This document shows, piece after piece, positions 36,317 through 46,343 of a stretch of 64,000 bases of DNA; position 1 is the first letter of the stretch, and every line of letters starts with the position of its first letter. Below the pieces are notes generated by a model that had not been told where the DNA came from, did not search any database, and saw nothing but the letters and a program-made list of their open reading frames with translations. The position numbers and the translations under genes were made by a program. Source of the stretch: Candidatus Bruticola sp. (lineage in GTDB: Bacteria > Vulcanimicrobiota > Xenobia > Xenobiales > Xenobiaceae). Location of the stretch: contig JBJEGD010000004.1 of assembly GCA_051874735.1 (NCBI GenBank), positions 96,001 through 160,000 of the forward strand. The letters are read 5' to 3'.

Positions 36317-36380
36317 ATATTTGAGTTATATATCAAGATGTTGACAAATTAATTGCATATTTTGAGATTTAAGAACATAG

Positions 36381-38348
36381 TTAGGGATGAGAAAAGGTAA
36401 AGGTCTGATCTTTGGAAGTAAATTTTCTGCTCCATTTATCAGAAACTTCACGGGAGTGACGTCCGCGGCTTTTCCAAGTGATAGTAATGTTGTAGTTTTC
36501 GTTTAAAGCAGCATCATCGCAAACGAGCTCAACGTAAGCGTTGCCTGTGTCATCCCACCAAGTATTTTGCCAATGTTTACTGAGGTCGCCATCTTGAGTT
36601 ACCTCAATTTTATAAACATAGAGACGTCGTTCTCTGGGACCTACGCGCATACTCTCAGCTTTGACTACAAAGTTTCCAGTTTGGCGCACTTCTTTGGAGT
36701 TTTTATTTCCTCCCTCAGAGTTTTTAGGAGAAAGCTCTACTTTTATTTTTTTAGTTTGACCAGAATTTATAGCTATTTTACCTTTGCCAGTATTGTAACC
36801 GTTTTTAGAGACGGAAATGCTAATCTGGCGATCGGAAGGAACATTGCTAATGGAAAAACAGCCAAGGGTATCAGTTAAAGCTCGCTGACCGCTGCTGAGA
36901 GTAACTCTAGCTCTTTTTATCGGTCGGCCGTTAGAAGAAACTACTTCACCAGTAAGAGAAGAACTGCCTGTAAGGCTTGGCAACCCGCCGCTAAGTAAGA
37001 AATTGGCGTCATCGTCATCAGTTGGAAGTATCGCTTTTGAACTTTTGCTAATTTGTCTTTGCTGTTGAGCCTCAAAAGAAGCTTCACTAGGAGAAACAGC
37101 TTTTACTTGTTTTTTTGAATTTGAAGAGGCGCTGCTAGAGCTGCTCTTGGTGGTATTGTCAATGTCATGTTCAATGTCAGCAATGTGATCGTCGATATAG
37201 CTAAATTTTTTTGTATTAGCATTTGTCTTAAGTGAGACTTTCTTAGATGAAGCTGTTGAATTTTTAGGTGAAGTAGCAGCAGATTTTGCTATAGTAGAGG
37301 AAGTCACATTATGTTTGGAAGAAGCTGCAACTGTGGCCTTAGTTAAATTATTGTTCTGATTCGAAAATGATATTAAACTGGCCGAACTGGGACAGCCTTG
37401 AACACTGACTCGTAAAGAACCTGAGTTCACTCCGTTGGGAACTTTAAACTTAATGTAATTAGGCTGCCAGTCAAGGATACAGCTGTTGGGTAAAGGCATG
37501 CCTGCAATGGAGACGGTTCCTGTCTCTAAGCTACCTAAGCGAGAGCCTTTAATAAAGACGATATCTCCCGTTGATGGAGAGGATGGAGTTATTTGGGTTA
37601 TTTCAGGGAAATTTTGAGCTGATAAATCAAGATTCCAGTTTAACTTCAGAGGCTCGCGACAGTATATCGCAAAAATTTGGCCTGGATTTACAAGGTTATT
37701 GAGGCTCTTGCCAGTTTTGGTCCACTGACCATTGACGAAAGTTCCGGAATGGGATGATATCCAGGTTCTCTGTGGCCAGCTGCTCCTTTCTTTAAGATCG
37801 ATAGGAACTATAGTTTGGCCGCTGAGATTGGTGAGTGTGCTGAGCTGATTGGAAACTGTCTTCATACTGGGAAGACCAATTAAGTTCCAACCGGGAGTCA
37901 GTTTAGTTGAGGTGCGCTGAGCCGACTTTTGACTGTTAGTGAAGTAAATGGTGCAAGGTGAATCTGCATAGGTAAGATAGGCGATACCAGGCTCCAAGCT
38001 TTGAGGATTATTTACAGGATCGATAGGTATATAGGAAATACCGCTCATTTTATAGAGCATACGTTTGAGTCCCCAGACGGAGTCTACTTTTTTGACTGGA
38101 AATGATATGATCTGCCAACCAGCTGCAGTACTTATGGAGTTCGCTTTGCCTACAGCAGGAGGGGCCGTTTGCAGTGAATAGTTTATAATGGGGGGAGGTA
38201 GCGAAGGCAGAGGAGGCGGTGTCTCCTGACTAATCGCCTGGGCTGCAGCTTTGTGGCTCATTGAGCAGCTTAATAAGAATACTGCTATCAGGATAAACAC
38301 ATAACTTGCCCGCAGTTTAGGCAAGCTGCTCAGCGTTTTAATTTTCAC
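36381..38348 (-). CDS. Exported surface protein with an IPT/TIG-like domain, Ser/Lys-rich linker and carboxypeptidase-regulatory-like domain
   Basis: Signal peptide; two GW[QN][IL]I[SG][FL]P repeats; PEITQITP..GDIVFIKGSRLG..W..IKFKVP; LTGEVVSSNGRPIKRARV..TDTLG.F.I.NVP. Confidence 0.65.
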   Translation of the reverse strand: MKIKTLSSLPKLRASYVFILIAVFLLSCSMSHKAAAQAISQETPPPLPSLPPPIINYSLQTAPPAVGKANSISTAAGWQIISFPVKKVDSVWGLKRMLYKMSGISYIPIDPVNNPQSLEPGIAYLTYADSPCTIYFTNSQKSAQRTSTKLTPGWNLIGLPSMKTVSNQLSTLTNLSGQTIVPIDLKERSSWPQRTWISSHSGTFVNGQWTKTGKSLNNLVNPGQIFAIYCREPLKLNWNLDLSAQNFPEITQITPSSPSTGDIVFIKGSRLGSLETGTVSIAGMPLPNSCILDWQPNYIKFKVPNGVNSGSLRVSVQGCPSSASLISFSNQNNNLTKATVAASSKHNVTSSTIAKSAATSPKNSTASSKKVSLKTNANTKKFSYIDDHIADIEHDIDNTTKSSSSSASSNSKKQVKAVSPSEASFEAQQQRQISKSSKAILPTDDDDANFLLSGGLPSLTGSSSLTGEVVSSNGRPIKRARVTLSSGQRALTDTLGCFSISNVPSDRQISISVSKNGYNTGKGKIAINSGQTKKIKVELSPKNSEGGNKNSKEVRQTGNFVVKAESMRVGPRERRLYVYKIEVTQDGDLSKHWQNTWWDDTGNAYVELVCDDAALNENYNITITWKSRGRHSREVSDKWSRKFTSKDQTFTFSHP

Positions 38349-38593
38349 CGATTTTTATCTCCCAATCATTAAAAATACTCAAAAAATCTTTCTTCAAACA
38401 ACTCAAGGCTAAAAAAACTTACAGATAAAGCAAAAACTCGAGCTGTATATTACTTAAAGTTTAGCAACATTCAGCAATTTCTAAAAGTAGAAAGTAATAA
38501 TGAAGTTCCACTATTCTGTGTAAAAAATATTTTAAGTTAAAAATATGTTGAAAATTTTTGCAGAAAGTCTTTTCAGCTAGTTGGACATTCTTC

Positions 38594-39793
38594 TTATAAC
38601 GGTAAGTTTGCCCTGTATATGTTGTCACTTACTTGAGGATCTTTTTCTAGACTTCGACTGGCTTCTATTATGGCCTTACTTAAATCGCTGAGTTTAAGAT
38701 TGGGGGATTGGGGGAGAAAATAGATAGAGTTAGCAAAGTGGCGTCCTAAAGTTTGGCTGGCTGCCGTTATAGCTAAGCAATCTGTATAATTTATGGGTAA
38801 ATTAGAGTTTTGGAGCTTGCGCTGTAACTTATCGGAAAGAACTGGAGCTGGATTGATAGTAGCTAAATTGGTACTTCTATAGAAGTGCTCCCAAGCTAGC
38901 AAACATTGGTAAAAGGCTTGACTAAAGCGTTCGCTGTACATATGGGGATCGGAATGAGGCCTATGATTTTCCGTTTGCTGCCATTGGTCTTGTGCTAAGT
39001 CTCGTATGGGATAGTCTGAACGGTTAGGATCTAAACTTTCTCCTATGGCTGTGAGTTTATTGGAAATGGCCCCCAAAGCCCTTTGGCGCAGGACGTCCCA
39101 AAGTATCTCCGGTTCTTGCCAAGCGGATAATAACGAGCAGCAGTCTGCAAAAGCTTCGTGAGCAGCTGACGTCTCAAAATCTTGATAATTATATTGGTGG
39201 CAGCTATCGAGAATGGCATGGCCGGTTTCGTGACTGATACTGTCGGGATGGATGTATTCTGGCATATTACTTACACCTATACATTTAAAAGGCGACTGCT
39301 GATAAAAGGGCTGTTGGCTGCTGAGCTTAGGGTGGCCAACAACTATAGGCAGAGGTTGATCGGCTAATATAAATTCTTGCCCTAAGTTATAAGAGAAGGA
39401 GTCGAGCGCTTTTTGAGCACTTTGTAGAGCTTGAAGGTGAGAACCGCTGCAAATAGCCTGTTCGCCTTTCACGCGAGGTAGTACGTTGTCTAGATTGCGC
39501 TCGGGTCCGTAGTGCCATACTTCAAAGTTTTTGTTTTTGGCTACAACTGGTACGGGCCAATGTTCATAAAACTTGCGCCATTGTATAGCGGCGGAATTGT
39601 CTGGGGCGTCCAGAGTCGACTCGCTGAGCGAGTTATTTTCTTTATCAGTTTGTATAGTTAAAATTTCCCAAGAATCTAATTCTTCGTTAATTTCACCTGC
39701 TTTATGAGGTGAAGCGTGAGAGCGGCAGTTGATATTGAAACCGCTTAAGTTTTGGTAAGCCGAACGTCCAACTGCCGCGCTGATTTGGTACAT
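38594..39793 (-). CDS. Gluzincin (M4/M36-like) zinc metallopeptidase
   Basis: DSISHETGHAILD (HExxH), third-ligand motif AHEAFAD and DPHMYS. ATG at 39793 follows a G-rich SD. Confidence 0.7.
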   Translation of the reverse strand: MYQISAAVGRSAYQNLSGFNINCRSHASPHKAGEINEELDSWEILTIQTDKENNSLSESTLDAPDNSAAIQWRKFYEHWPVPVVAKNKNFEVWHYGPERNLDNVLPRVKGEQAICSGSHLQALQSAQKALDSFSYNLGQEFILADQPLPIVVGHPKLSSQQPFYQQSPFKCIGVSNMPEYIHPDSISHETGHAILDSCHQYNYQDFETSAAHEAFADCCSLLSAWQEPEILWDVLRQRALGAISNKLTAIGESLDPNRSDYPIRDLAQDQWQQTENHRPHSDPHMYSERFSQAFYQCLLAWEHFYRSTNLATINPAPVLSDKLQRKLQNSNLPINYTDCLAITAASQTLGRHFANSIYFLPQSPNLKLSDLSKAIIEASRSLEKDPQVSDNIYRANLPL

Positions 39794-40087
39794 AAATTTA
39801 AATCCCCCCCTATACAAGTCGTCAGCTTAAGCTCAAAACATTGTTCTGTGTAGATAGGCAATCGCGCAGAACAATTCCGCTGCTTTAGACTGACTGCTTG
39901 TATTGAAATTGTAAATGTTATGTTTTAACAAACTGAAGCCCCAATAATGCCAATATATTGACAGCATATTAAAAGTATGTAATATAGGGCGCTCAAGATT
40001 ATTTAGGGGAGATTTAGCTAATAGCCAAAAAGAGCCCAACAAAATAGATGTGGAACGAGAAAAACAGCTACCTATTTTAATATAGAA

Positions 40088-41200
40088 TTAAATGTCGTCG
40101 TCTGGATCTTCTTCACCCGGATTGGGCACCGGATCGGGGGTGTCGTCTTCTGGCTCTAGTGGCTGGGGAAGTAGCTCTTCTTCATCGAAGGAAGCTGCGC
40201 TTTGAATAAGTTCTTCTTTAATTTTAGCTGCTTGGGCTTCCGCCTCACGGGTCATATTCAAAAGCTCATCTTCGCTGCTGCTGGCCTGAAGTATTTCCTG
40301 AGCTGCTGCCAAAGCCGCTGCTTGAGCTTCTGCCTGCATTTTTGCTTGGCGCTCAGCTTCTTTGGCGGCTTTGCGGGCTGCAATCGTCTGACGTGCTTCT
40401 TCTTCAGCCTTTAAAATGATATGCAGCACACTGACAGCCTGCTCAATGAAGCGGTTGATCTCTGCTAGTTTCTCATCGCTTATAGTGTCTCCGTAGGTGG
40501 AGCCGCGCACTAAAATAGCCGTACGATCAGCACTACCTGTAAAAGATTTCAGTTCAATAAAACCGCTTATTTCACGCCAAGTAACCAGCAATTCATGACT
40601 AGTAACCGCCATAACCTTGCCGGTAAGATTCATGCCGTTTTTAAGTTTCAGCGCCACCGCTGTGCCAGGATCGCCTATGGAGCCAGATTTAGCCAACCAC
40701 TTCGTCAACCCATCTTCATCTTTATAGTAGTGCATAAGGCGGCTGTTTTCATATGGAGCGGTGATAATAGCAAAGAATGTACGCCGATTTTTATTCCAAA
40801 AATTTTCAACGTAGGTTTTGAATAAGGCTAGAGACATCTCCCAGCCCGATTTGGCATCTCCGGCTCCCGCTTGCCCCTCAGCTCCGGGACCTGTCTCGAC
40901 AATTTCTACGCGACAGCCGTTGCCGTAAGCGCGGATAGATATATTGAGCGTTTGAGTACCCATACCGGGAATAAGCGACTTCATGACCACTTTTTTGGGT
41001 GGGATGATGGTGGGCAGATAGTAATCGATATTGAAGCCGAATTTCTCCCAAGTCATGGTTAAAGTACCACCATAGCCGGGCCAGCCCACAACTTTGTCGC
41101 AGAACCAGCGAGACAAATGCTCTGGTTCTGTCCAAGCTTCAAAGGCGCGCTCTGGTGCTACCTTAGTAATTGTGTATCGTCTGATCTCGGGGACGCTCAT
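40088..41200 (-). CDS. Tandem SRPBCC/AHSA1-like (START) domain protein with an acidic tail
   Basis: APERAFEAWTEPEHLSRWF...SGWEMSL; second copy GLTKWL; Glu/Asp/Pro-rich C-terminus. Confidence 0.75.
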   Translation of the reverse strand: MSVPEIRRYTITKVAPERAFEAWTEPEHLSRWFCDKVVGWPGYGGTLTMTWEKFGFNIDYYLPTIIPPKKVVMKSLIPGMGTQTLNISIRAYGNGCRVEIVETGPGAEGQAGAGDAKSGWEMSLALFKTYVENFWNKNRRTFFAIITAPYENSRLMHYYKDEDGLTKWLAKSGSIGDPGTAVALKLKNGMNLTGKVMAVTSHELLVTWREISGFIELKSFTGSADRTAILVRGSTYGDTISDEKLAEINRFIEQAVSVLHIILKAEEEARQTIAARKAAKEAERQAKMQAEAQAAALAAAQEILQASSSEDELLNMTREAEAQAAKIKEELIQSAASFDEEELLPQPLEPEDDTPDPVPNPGEEDPDDDI

Positions 41201-41397
41201 AGAACTTGCTAAGTTCGCTTGATATTAATTAATTCCTAGTTCCTTAGGAGTCGCTGTTGATATTGTATTTCCCTGCTGAAAAGCTATTTAGTTCCTTTAA
41301 TTCTAGGCTTGGATTGCGCAGTCGACTATATAACTTGCCTTTAAAGCTGTGGAGCGGTATTGTATACGCCTATACCGATTTTTATGAGAGGTCCGCC

Positions 41398-43302
41398 ATG
41401 TACACCTTTATTGCTGCTCCTATTTTTCACTCTACTGCTCAACCATACTGCTGTCGTCTGGACGACGGTTGTTTGGTAGTGCGGGTACGCGTAAATAAAG
41501 GTTTGGCGGCAGATAAAGTTTTTGTTCGCATTGTTCCGGAAGGTGAAGAAATTTGTGTCCGTGCTGTTAAGCTTAATCGGAAAAATTTTTCTATAGCTAA
41601 GCGTTTCTCTGAAGATTGGGAATGGTGGGAAGCCAATTTAAAAGTGGAAGTTCCCCTTCTCAATTATCGTTTTATCTGCGTAACCGCTTCGGGTACTTTC
41701 AACTACAATGCTAAAGGACTTTGTTCCCATACTCCGTTAGACAGAGATGATTTTAAAATTTCTTTCCTGAATGAGCCGCCTCAATGGGTAGAAGATAGTA
41801 TTTTTTACCAAATTTTCCCCGATCGTTTCTGCTGCGGAGATAGTTCAACAAATGTCAAAGACGGTGAGTACAGTCTTGCTGGACAGACTGTACGGGCTTT
41901 CGACTGGGAAGCTCCTTTAGATAAAAGTTGCGGCAATGTTTCCTTTTATGGTGGAGATTTACCTGGCATTACGGCTAAACTTCCTTATTTGCAGGAGCTA
42001 GGGATCAACGCTCTTTATCTTAATCCTATTTTTACATCTCCCAGCAATCATAAATATGATGTAGCTGATTATTATAATGTCGATCCTCATTTTGGAGGCA
42101 ATGACGCGTTAGCTGAACTGCGTCGCGCCTCTAGTCTTATCAATATGCGTTTGGTACTAGATCTAGTACCTAATCATTGTGGAAATCAAAACACTTGGTT
42201 CAAAAAAGCTCAGACGGATAAAAATTCTTTAGAGTATGCTTTTTTTACCTTCTATAATGATAATCCTGAACAGTACGAAATGTGGCTGGGAGTGCGTACT
42301 TTACCTCGTTTGAATTACTGCTCTCAGGAGCTGCGCAAGAGAATGTATTTGGATTGTAAGTCCGTTATGCGACGCTGGTTGCTTCCTCCGTACTCTATTG
42401 ACGGATGGCGTATTGATGTCGCTAATATGCTGGCTCGACAAAAAATGGATCAGTTGGGCCATGAAATCGGCAAAGAAATGCGTCGGGCCGTTAAAGAAGA
42501 AAATTCTCAAGCTTGGATTCTGGGAGAACAGTTTTTTGATCCTAGCGATTACCAGCAGGGTGACGAGTTCGATGCTTCTATGAATTATAGAGCCTTCTGC
42601 ATGCCTGTGAATCAGTGGATGGCTGGTTTTGATTTCGAAGGATTTAAGGGCCACGAGTGGGGCTGCACGACGGCTTTGAGCAGTTCTGATTTAGCAGAAC
42701 AGATGCAGAGCTTCAGAGCTGCTATCCCTGAGAAGAACGCTTTAAATATGCTGAATTTAGTCGGCAGTCACGATCTGCCTCGTGTTAAGACTTTTAATCA
42801 AGGAAGGGCTGATAAAGCTGCAGCTTTATATACTATGCTGTTTGCCTATCAGGGAGTACCCTGTATATATTACGGTGATGAAATAGGCCTGGAGGGAGGC
42901 CCAGACCCTGATAATCGTCGCACTATGATTTGGGATGAGGATAAGTGGGACAAAAACATGCTGTCTCTTATGAAGCGTCTTTGTGTCGTGCGCAAGCAGA
43001 GCTCTGCTCTGCGCCGTGGTGGGCTGCAGTGGCTTATAGCTCAAGATAACAGTTTAGTGTTTATGCGTGAAGATAAGCATTCCCGGGCTATATGCACGAT
43101 AGTTAGGGAAGGCCAAGAAAGTCAGTCTAAGTGCCCCAAGGCGTCGATTGAGTATCTGTCGATTCCTGTGCAGGCGGCTGCTTTAGCTGAAGGAGTTAAG
43201 TTCCGCGGAGCTGTTAGTGGTAAAATTGCTCAAGTAAAAAATGGTTGTTTAGCTATTCTTCCTTCTTGTTTAGGAGCCGAAATTTGGCTGGAAGAACCTT
43301 AA
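41398..43302 (+). CDS. GH13 alpha-glycosidase (maltodextrin glucosidase/neopullulanase-like)
   Basis: FYQIFPDRF, GGDL.GI..KLPYL, SNHKYD, DLVPNH, DGWRIDVA, LGE and SHD motifs; ATG at 41398 after gagagg. Confidence 0.9.
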   Translation: MYTFIAAPIFHSTAQPYCCRLDDGCLVVRVRVNKGLAADKVFVRIVPEGEEICVRAVKLNRKNFSIAKRFSEDWEWWEANLKVEVPLLNYRFICVTASGTFNYNAKGLCSHTPLDRDDFKISFLNEPPQWVEDSIFYQIFPDRFCCGDSSTNVKDGEYSLAGQTVRAFDWEAPLDKSCGNVSFYGGDLPGITAKLPYLQELGINALYLNPIFTSPSNHKYDVADYYNVDPHFGGNDALAELRRASSLINMRLVLDLVPNHCGNQNTWFKKAQTDKNSLEYAFFTFYNDNPEQYEMWLGVRTLPRLNYCSQELRKRMYLDCKSVMRRWLLPPYSIDGWRIDVANMLARQKMDQLGHEIGKEMRRAVKEENSQAWILGEQFFDPSDYQQGDEFDASMNYRAFCMPVNQWMAGFDFEGFKGHEWGCTTALSSSDLAEQMQSFRAAIPEKNALNMLNLVGSHDLPRVKTFNQGRADKAAALYTMLFAYQGVPCIYYGDEIGLEGGPDPDNRRTMIWDEDKWDKNMLSLMKRLCVVRKQSSALRRGGLQWLIAQDNSLVFMREDKHSRAICTIVREGQESQSKCPKASIEYLSIPVQAAALAEGVKFRGAVSGKIAQVKNGCLAILPSCLGAEIWLEEP

Positions 43303-43473
43303 ATTTTGTCATCCAGAGGGTGAATATGCTTTGTAAACTAACTCGACACAGTTTATAAAATGCATATTTTCCCCTTTATTGTGTGCAGGACAAGCTTGGG
43401 GCATGTCTAAAGTAGCGCGAGTTTGTTACTAACACCTGTTATTTGTCAACATTATTTTTGGAGTGTATGTACT

Positions 43474-44682
43474 GTGGCTGACATTAACCTCGATAAAGTA
43501 AAAGAAATTATTACTAAGTTAGAAGCCAATCCTACCGAGCTTTACAATAACAGCTTTTTTATCACTTGGCGTTATCCTAAAGAGACGATCAATGCTGTTC
43601 TCTTAGTGGCTGAAGCTCTGCAGCGTTTGAATCGTGCCGGTAAATCGGTAAAAGTTTTCGATACTGGTCTGGGCCTTTCCATATTCCGCGATAAGTCCAC
43701 TCGCACTCGTTACTCTTTTAAATCCGCCTGCAATATGCTCGGCTTAGGTACTGAGGAACTCGATGAGAGTACTTCTCAGATTGCTCATGGAGAAACTGTT
43801 CGTGAGACTGCTACTATGATTTCCTTCCTCACTGAAGTTATCGGCATTCGCGATGACATGTTCATCGGTGAGGGCCATCGTTATCAGAAGGAAATGTCAG
43901 ATTCTATTCAGGAGAGTTACGAACACGGTATCCTTCCTAATCGCACTTCCGTGGTAAACTTGCAGTGCGACCTTGACCATCCTACTCAGGCTTTAGCCGA
44001 CCTGAGCCACATTATTGAGCGTTTTGGCGGAGTTGAGAATCTGCGCGGTAAAAAAGTAGCCATGACTTGGGCTTACTCTCCCAGCTATGGCAAGCCTCTC
44101 TCTGTGCCTCAGGGTATTATAGGCTTGATGAGCCGTTTCGGTATGGATGTCAGCTTGGCCTATCCTGAAGGGTACGACCTGTTGGAAGAGCCAGTTGAAG
44201 CTGCTCGCAAGTTCTCCCAGGAGACTGGCGGAAGCTTTAAGATTACCCACTCTATGGAAGAAGCTTTTGAAAATGCCGATATAGTCTATCCTAAGAGCTG
44301 GGCTCCTTTTACCGTTATGCAGGAGAGAACTGAGCTGCTTCGTTCCGGTCGTGCTTCTGAGCTCAAGGCCTTAGAGGAGAGAGCTTTAGCTCACAATGCT
44401 ACCCATAAAGATTGGGAATGCACCGAAGAAATGATGAAACTCACTCGCGGTGGCAAAGCTCTTTATTGCCATTGCTTGCCTGCCGATATCAGCGGCGTAA
44501 GCTGCAAGGAAGGTGAGTGCGCTGCTTCTGTATTTGAGCGCTATCGTTTAGATACTTATGCTGAGGCCGCTCATAAGCCCTTCGTGATTGCTGCTATGAT
44601 CTTGCTGACCCGCTTCCAGGATCCGGTCAAGACTTTAGTTCAGCTTCTTGAAAGAGACAGAGAGCGCCGCATTGTCCGCTAA
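43474..44682 (+). CDS. ygeW: YgeW-type knotted carbamoyltransferase
   Basis: FRDKSTRTR, SQIAHGETVRETA, NLQCDLDHPTQ, WAYSPSYGKPLSVPQG and HCLPAD motifs. Confidence 0.92.
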   Translation: MADINLDKVKEIITKLEANPTELYNNSFFITWRYPKETINAVLLVAEALQRLNRAGKSVKVFDTGLGLSIFRDKSTRTRYSFKSACNMLGLGTEELDESTSQIAHGETVRETATMISFLTEVIGIRDDMFIGEGHRYQKEMSDSIQESYEHGILPNRTSVVNLQCDLDHPTQALADLSHIIERFGGVENLRGKKVAMTWAYSPSYGKPLSVPQGIIGLMSRFGMDVSLAYPEGYDLLEEPVEAARKFSQETGGSFKITHSMEEAFENADIVYPKSWAPFTVMQERTELLRSGRASELKALEERALAHNATHKDWECTEEMMKLTRGGKALYCHCLPADISGVSCKEGECAASVFERYRLDTYAEAAHKPFVIAAMILLTRFQDPVKTLVQLLERDRERRIVR

Positions 44683-44701
44683 TTCTTAATTAGCCCAGCA
44701 T

Positions 44702-44740
44702 ACTGCTTGTGACTTACTCAGTCATGAGCAGTTTTTTTTT
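44702..44740 (+). terminator. Intrinsic terminator after ygeW
   Basis: actgcttgtgact / agtcatgagcagt stem followed by a long T tract. Confidence 0.75.
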
Positions 44741-44765
44741 ATGCTTTTATGTCGCTGATCTAAAG

Positions 44766-44806
44766 AAAAATCCGCCCTTACTTTTTGCTGTAATGTGGTA
44801 AGGGCG
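44766..44806 (-). terminator. Terminator for the minus-strand htrA transcript
   Basis: cgcccttac (44773-44781) / gtaagggcg (44798-44806), preceded by an A tract on the + strand. Confidence 0.55.
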
Positions 44807-44861
44807 AATTCCGGACAGCTTTAAAATTTTTGGCCACTTCAAGCTGTTATGCTGAAAGCAA

Positions 44862-46295
44862 TTATTTGTCTTTCTCTACTTTTGAAGTGTCAGCCGCTCC
44901 GTAAGTAGAGGTATCTATCAGACAGAAAACCTTAATTTGGCCGCGTTTTGCAGTAATAAGGAAATGCTTGTCGTTTTTGACGCTATTTAAAGCTTCCTTT
45001 AAATCTTTGGAATCGTGAATCGGTTTATCGTTAATTTTGGTGATAACGTCGCCTACTGAAAGGCCGGCTGTGGCTGCAGCAGAGCCTTTTTCTATTTTCG
45101 AGACCAGCATGCCGTCGCGTCCGAGCAGGCGGTATTCCAGTTCAGCGCTTACCGTAATTTCATTAGCGATAAAGCCGTAGCTAGTTTCAATGTCGTTCGT
45201 ACTGACGTTGGGCTGAACTCCCAAAATGGCTGTAGTTTCAAACTTTTTGCCATTGCGGCTGTATTCTATAGGCACCTTCGCATTAGGCAACAGCTGAGCT
45301 ACTTCAAGTTTTACGCGATTTAAAGCTTCGTCTGTATCGGCATTGACCGGTTTATTGTTCAGCTTAGTTATAACATCTCCGCTGCGCAAACCGGCTTTAT
45401 AAGCTGGGCTGTCTTTGGTCGTATCGCTTACTAATAAACCTCGCAGGGTGGGCTGCTTAATAAAAGCGGCATACTCTTCAGTAAAGGGCTGCATAAATAC
45501 GCCCAGCCAGCCGCGCTGAATATGTCCTTCAACTTCCAAGCGACTGTCTACATCTTTGACTATGTTCGAAGGAATGGTGAAGCCTTGGCCTCTTCCAACT
45601 CCGATCGAATTAATGCCTATCACTTCGCCATTCATATTGACAAGAGGACCGCCGGAGTTTCCAGGATCTATCATGGCGTCAATTTGAATAAAATCGTTAA
45701 TTAAGGGCACTCCATTGTCTGCTCCAGGAATAAAGCGTCCTTTGCCGCTGACAATACCGAAAGATACTGTGCGGTCAAAGCCATACGGATTGCCGACAGC
45801 TATAATCCACTCACCTACCTGCACCTTGTCAGAGTCAGCCAGCTGGGCGTAAGGTAATTCTCTGGTTGGTTTTATCTTGAGGAAGGCCAAGTCTGTTTGT
45901 TGGTCATCGCGAATGATTTCCGCTGTGTATTTACTCTTGTCATCGAGGATAACTGTAATAAGCTGAGCTTTATCTATCACGTGGTAATTAGTGACAATCT
46001 TTCCATCAGAAGAAAGAATTAAACCACTACCAGTAGCCTTGCGTCTTTGATTACCCACTTTAGAAAGTACTTCAATGTGAACGACAGTACTCTTGATATG
46101 GTCTGATATTTTGATTATATGCTCTTGCATACTGTTAAAAAGAGCATGGCCAGGACTTATTGTCTGGGCTTTGTCCGGCATATCGGCCCAAGACGCAGCT
46201 GGGGCGGCTAAACAAGCTGCGGAAACTACAGTTACAAGTAAACCTCTAAAAAATAAAGGGAAATTTTTCATAGTACTTTGCTTTTTCGCAATCAA
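44862..46295 (-). CDS. htrA: HtrA/DegP-family serine protease with two PDZ domains
   Basis: Signal peptide; catalytic triad TNYHV, DLA, PGNSGGPL; two PDZ-like SPA/SAA..AGL..GDVI motifs. Confidence 0.92.
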   Translation of the reverse strand: MIAKKQSTMKNFPLFFRGLLVTVVSAACLAAPAASWADMPDKAQTISPGHALFNSMQEHIIKISDHIKSTVVHIEVLSKVGNQRRKATGSGLILSSDGKIVTNYHVIDKAQLITVILDDKSKYTAEIIRDDQQTDLAFLKIKPTRELPYAQLADSDKVQVGEWIIAVGNPYGFDRTVSFGIVSGKGRFIPGADNGVPLINDFIQIDAMIDPGNSGGPLVNMNGEVIGINSIGVGRGQGFTIPSNIVKDVDSRLEVEGHIQRGWLGVFMQPFTEEYAAFIKQPTLRGLLVSDTTKDSPAYKAGLRSGDVITKLNNKPVNADTDEALNRVKLEVAQLLPNAKVPIEYSRNGKKFETTAILGVQPNVSTNDIETSYGFIANEITVSAELEYRLLGRDGMLVSKIEKGSAAATAGLSVGDVITKINDKPIHDSKDLKEALNSVKNDKHFLITAKRGQIKVFCLIDTSTYGAADTSKVEKDK

Positions 46296-46343
46296 TAATT
46301 TTAGCCCTGCACCAAAAATAGCCTGTAAGCGTAGACGCTTTAT

